Made by a program: the position numbers and the translations under genes | The notes under the pieces: generated by a model | Seen by the model: only the letters and a program-made list of their open reading frames with translations | What the model was told of the DNA's origin: nothing | Database searches by the model: none | Shown: positions 62,937-64,000 of the stretch, one piece after another | How the letters are laid out: every line of letters starts with the position of its first letter | How positions within the stretch are numbered: the stretch's first letter is position 1 | Source of the DNA: Patescibacteria group bacterium | GTDB taxonomy: Bacteria > Patescibacteriota > Patescibacteriia > Patescibacteriales > GWC2-42-12 | Length of the DNA stretch: 64,000 nucleotides | Assembly: GCA_041653215.1 (NCBI GenBank) | Contig: JBAZFW010000001.1 | Location: 19,202-83,201 of the forward strand | Direction: 5' to 3'

Positions 62937-64000
62937 TTATTTTTTTAGCTTCTCGCAAACTCTTATAAATTCGACAAATAACGGATGTGGCGATAACGGC
63001 CGAGAAATATATTCAGGATGAAATTGCGTGCCAATAAAAAATGGGTGTTTAGTTATTTCTACGGCTTCCACTATCTTCCCGTCAGGTGAAACGCCGGCCA
63101 CCTTTAAACCAGCCTTTTCATATTGTTCGCGATATTGGTTATTAAATTCGTACCTATGCCTATGTCGTTCAGAAATTGTCCCCTTTTTACCTAATTTAGC
63201 GTAAGCTGAAGCTAAATGCGTACCAACAACAATTTTACAAGGCCAACCGCCTAGCCTAATCGTCCCGCCATATTGCTTCTTGGCTAACAACTCTTTTTGC
63301 TCAGGCATAATATGAATAACCGGATGAGCAGTTTTCTGATTAACCTCTTCGCTATTAGCGCCTTTTAAACCTAAAACGTTTCGACCAAATTCTATTACCG
63401 CCATTTGCATGCCGTAGCAAAGTCCGAAATAAGGCACATTATTTTCACGACAATATTTAATAGTAGAAATTTTACCTTCGGCGCCTCTAGAACCCCAGCC
63501 TTGCGGCACAATAATACCATCAAACTTTTTTAAAATTCTAACGCCTTGCTTTTCCACATCTTCACAATTAAGCCAATGTAAAATTGGTTTAATATTGTTA
63601 ACCCCTCCGGCGTGCTTTATCGCTTCAATTACGGAAATATAAGAATCGGTTAAACAAAAATCTCCAGTAGAAAAATATTTACCTACGATTCCAATGTTTA
63701 CAGTTTTTTTAGCATTTTTAATTTTCTTAACCATTTTTCGCCAATCAACTAAATCTTTCTTTTTTCCTGGCAAGCCGAACTTTTCTAAAATGCGCTCGCC
63801 TAAATTATCCTTTTCAAAATTAATCGGCACATCATAAATTGAATCTATGTCCGGAGCGCTAATAACGTCATTCTCCTGAATATTGCAAAAAATTGCTAAT
63901 TTTCTACGGCGCGGAGCGTCAATCGCAGCCACAGAACGAGCTACGATAAAATCAGGTTGAACGCCAGCGGAATTCAAATCTCTGACCGCGCGCTGAGTTG
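62937..64000 (-). CDS. pyrG: CTP synthase, C-terminal two-thirds (gene continues past the window end)
   Basis: 'GVQPDFIVARS', GATase 'GLCYGMQ', 'HRHRYEFN', 'GTQFHPE'. The reading frame stays open to position 64000. Confidence 0.93.
   Translation of the reverse strand, partial: TQRAVRDLNSAGVQPDFIVARSVAAIDAPRRRKLAIFCNIQENDVISAPDIDSIYDVPINFEKDNLGERILEKFGLPGKKKDLVDWRKMVKKIKNAKKTVNIGIVGKYFSTGDFCLTDSYISVIEAIKHAGGVNNIKPILHWLNCEDVEKQGVRILKKFDGIIVPQGWGSRGAEGKISTIKYCRENNVPYFGLCYGMQMAVIEFGRNVLGLKGANSEEVNQKTAHPVIHIMPEQKELLAKKQYGGTIRLGGWPCKIVVGTHLASAYAKLGKKGTISERHRHRYEFNNQYREQYEKAGLKVAGVSPDGKIVEAVEITKHPFFIGTQFHPEYISRPLSPHPLFVEFIRVCEKLKK

Overview
The window is a low-GC chromosome segment (about 30% GC by hand count of a few lines), densely packed with housekeeping genes. 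Content and style fit a Patescibacteria/CPR-like monoderm; this is inference, with no database search possible. Recognisable blocks, in order: (1) an envelope glycan locus (GT4, radical SAM, O-antigen-ligase-like, Wzz-like); (2) mtaB and tRNA-Thr/tRNA-Lys; (3) dnaB-ybaB-recR; (4) rplU; (5) a WecA-like transferase; (6) a membrane-anchored ClpC-like AAA+; (7) secE-nusG-rplK-rplA; (8) a dTTP-supply cluster (dCMP deaminase, dcd-like, Nudix, ndk, thyA, folA, kinase, tmk fusion); (9) gatB; (10) miaA-miaB-dnaJ-dnaK-(DUF4145)-hsp20-grpE-hrcA with a perfect CIRCE; (11) mrdA-mreD-murC-mtaD-murG-ftsW-mraY; (12) a type IV pilus operon (pilB, pilC, pseudopilins, pilMNO); (13) an iscR-ldt-iscU-nfu-dx-iscS operon; (14) rpmA and pyrG. 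Signals not explained by ordinary annotation: (a) a recurrent three-part 5' leader/start-codon module at rplU, grpE, hrcA and iscS, with a variant at mrdA; (b) about 100-bp MITE-like palindromic elements, one inserted in frame in mtaB, plus a short hairpin REP family; (c) higher-GC genes with strong Shine-Dalgarno sequences scattered in a background whose genes lack them. These include a 4-gene secreted LysM island with five conserved-loop hairpins in its leaders. No CRISPR array, rRNA, transposase or integrase gene was seen.
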